Assembly (NCBI GenBank): GCA_964556455.1
Contig: CAZKWI010000001.1
Span: 1-58,902, forward strand
Direction: 5' to 3'
Length of the DNA: 58,902 bases
Source of the DNA: an uncultured Planctomycetia bacterium
Lineage (GTDB): Bacteria > Omnitrophota > Gorgyraeia > JABMRJ01
Below: more notes on the stretch, generated by a model. It was not told the origin of the DNA. It ran no database searches and saw nothing but the letters and a program-made list of their open reading frames with translations. The letters are not shown here. Numbering within the stretch: the stretch's first letter is position 1.

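Noticed and set aside
57798-57929. GC-rich simple-sequence tract.
   Set aside because: It is in frame and encodes the Gly/Ser/Arg linker. It is not a microsatellite or a regulatory repeat.
58842-58844. GTG at 58844 as the true start of the giant gene.
   Set aside because: The frame stays open to the window edge, the upstream codons continue the same repeat-like sequence, and no Shine-Dalgarno-like purine run is visible in the 58 nt available. It is the tracker's first start-like codon, not a supported start.

Overview
Two co-directional minus-strand genes fill the window. I recognised no rRNA, tRNA, CRISPR array or transposase gene.

(1) nt 6795-58902 is one giant ORF. The track starts it at GTG 58844, but the same frame has no stop in the remaining 19 codons up to the window edge. 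The gene is therefore 5'-truncated and encodes more than 17,368 aa (about 1.9 MDa at 110 Da per residue). The architecture, read N to C from the translation, is:
- YYxGxxGxE / YD-like repeats with a DxDxDG acidic loop
- a Gly/Ser/Arg linker
- a ~2,800-aa array of a beta-hairpin repeat I cannot assign to a known family (TGxY[TV]T..WGxLxxQxTxGxSY), which develops into at least 16 higher-order ~110-aa units
- a YD/RHS-like region
- an acidic helical region
- about 7 small tandem alpha/beta modules
- an HExxH (HEAFH) zincin-like domain
- a Cys/His transglutaminase/papain-like candidate
- a multi-helix TM cluster (aa ~9,660-10,130)
- about 2,000 aa of helical sequence
- a SecA-type ATPase module with Walker A/B, a preprotein-crosslinking-like insert and motif VI (aa ~12,185-12,895)
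- a second HExxH
- a second TM cluster (aa ~14,110-14,220)
- coiled coil, a TPR array, a JAB/MPN-like HTHP motif and an unassigned C-terminal domain

The main candidate for a novel system is the SecA-like motor bracketed by two TM clusters inside a giant repeat- and protease-bearing protein. Very large genes have been reported from uncultivated bacteria such as Omnitrophota, but I cannot place this sequence taxonomically.

(2) nt 1-6312 is a 2,104-codon minus-strand ORF that is missing from the supplied track because it has no stop inside the window. It encodes a multi-pass membrane protein. Its N-terminal domain carries three in-frame copies of a palindromic GTCATyCTGAG...CTCAGAATGAC element.

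(3) The 482-nt AT-rich spacer between the genes contains:
- a 17-bp perfect inverted repeat enclosing 175 nt and followed by a U-tract
- a TTGACT-N17-TATACT promoter-like site
- a hairpin plus U7 terminator-like site in the leader of gene 2

All plus-strand ORFs in the track look like antisense artefacts.
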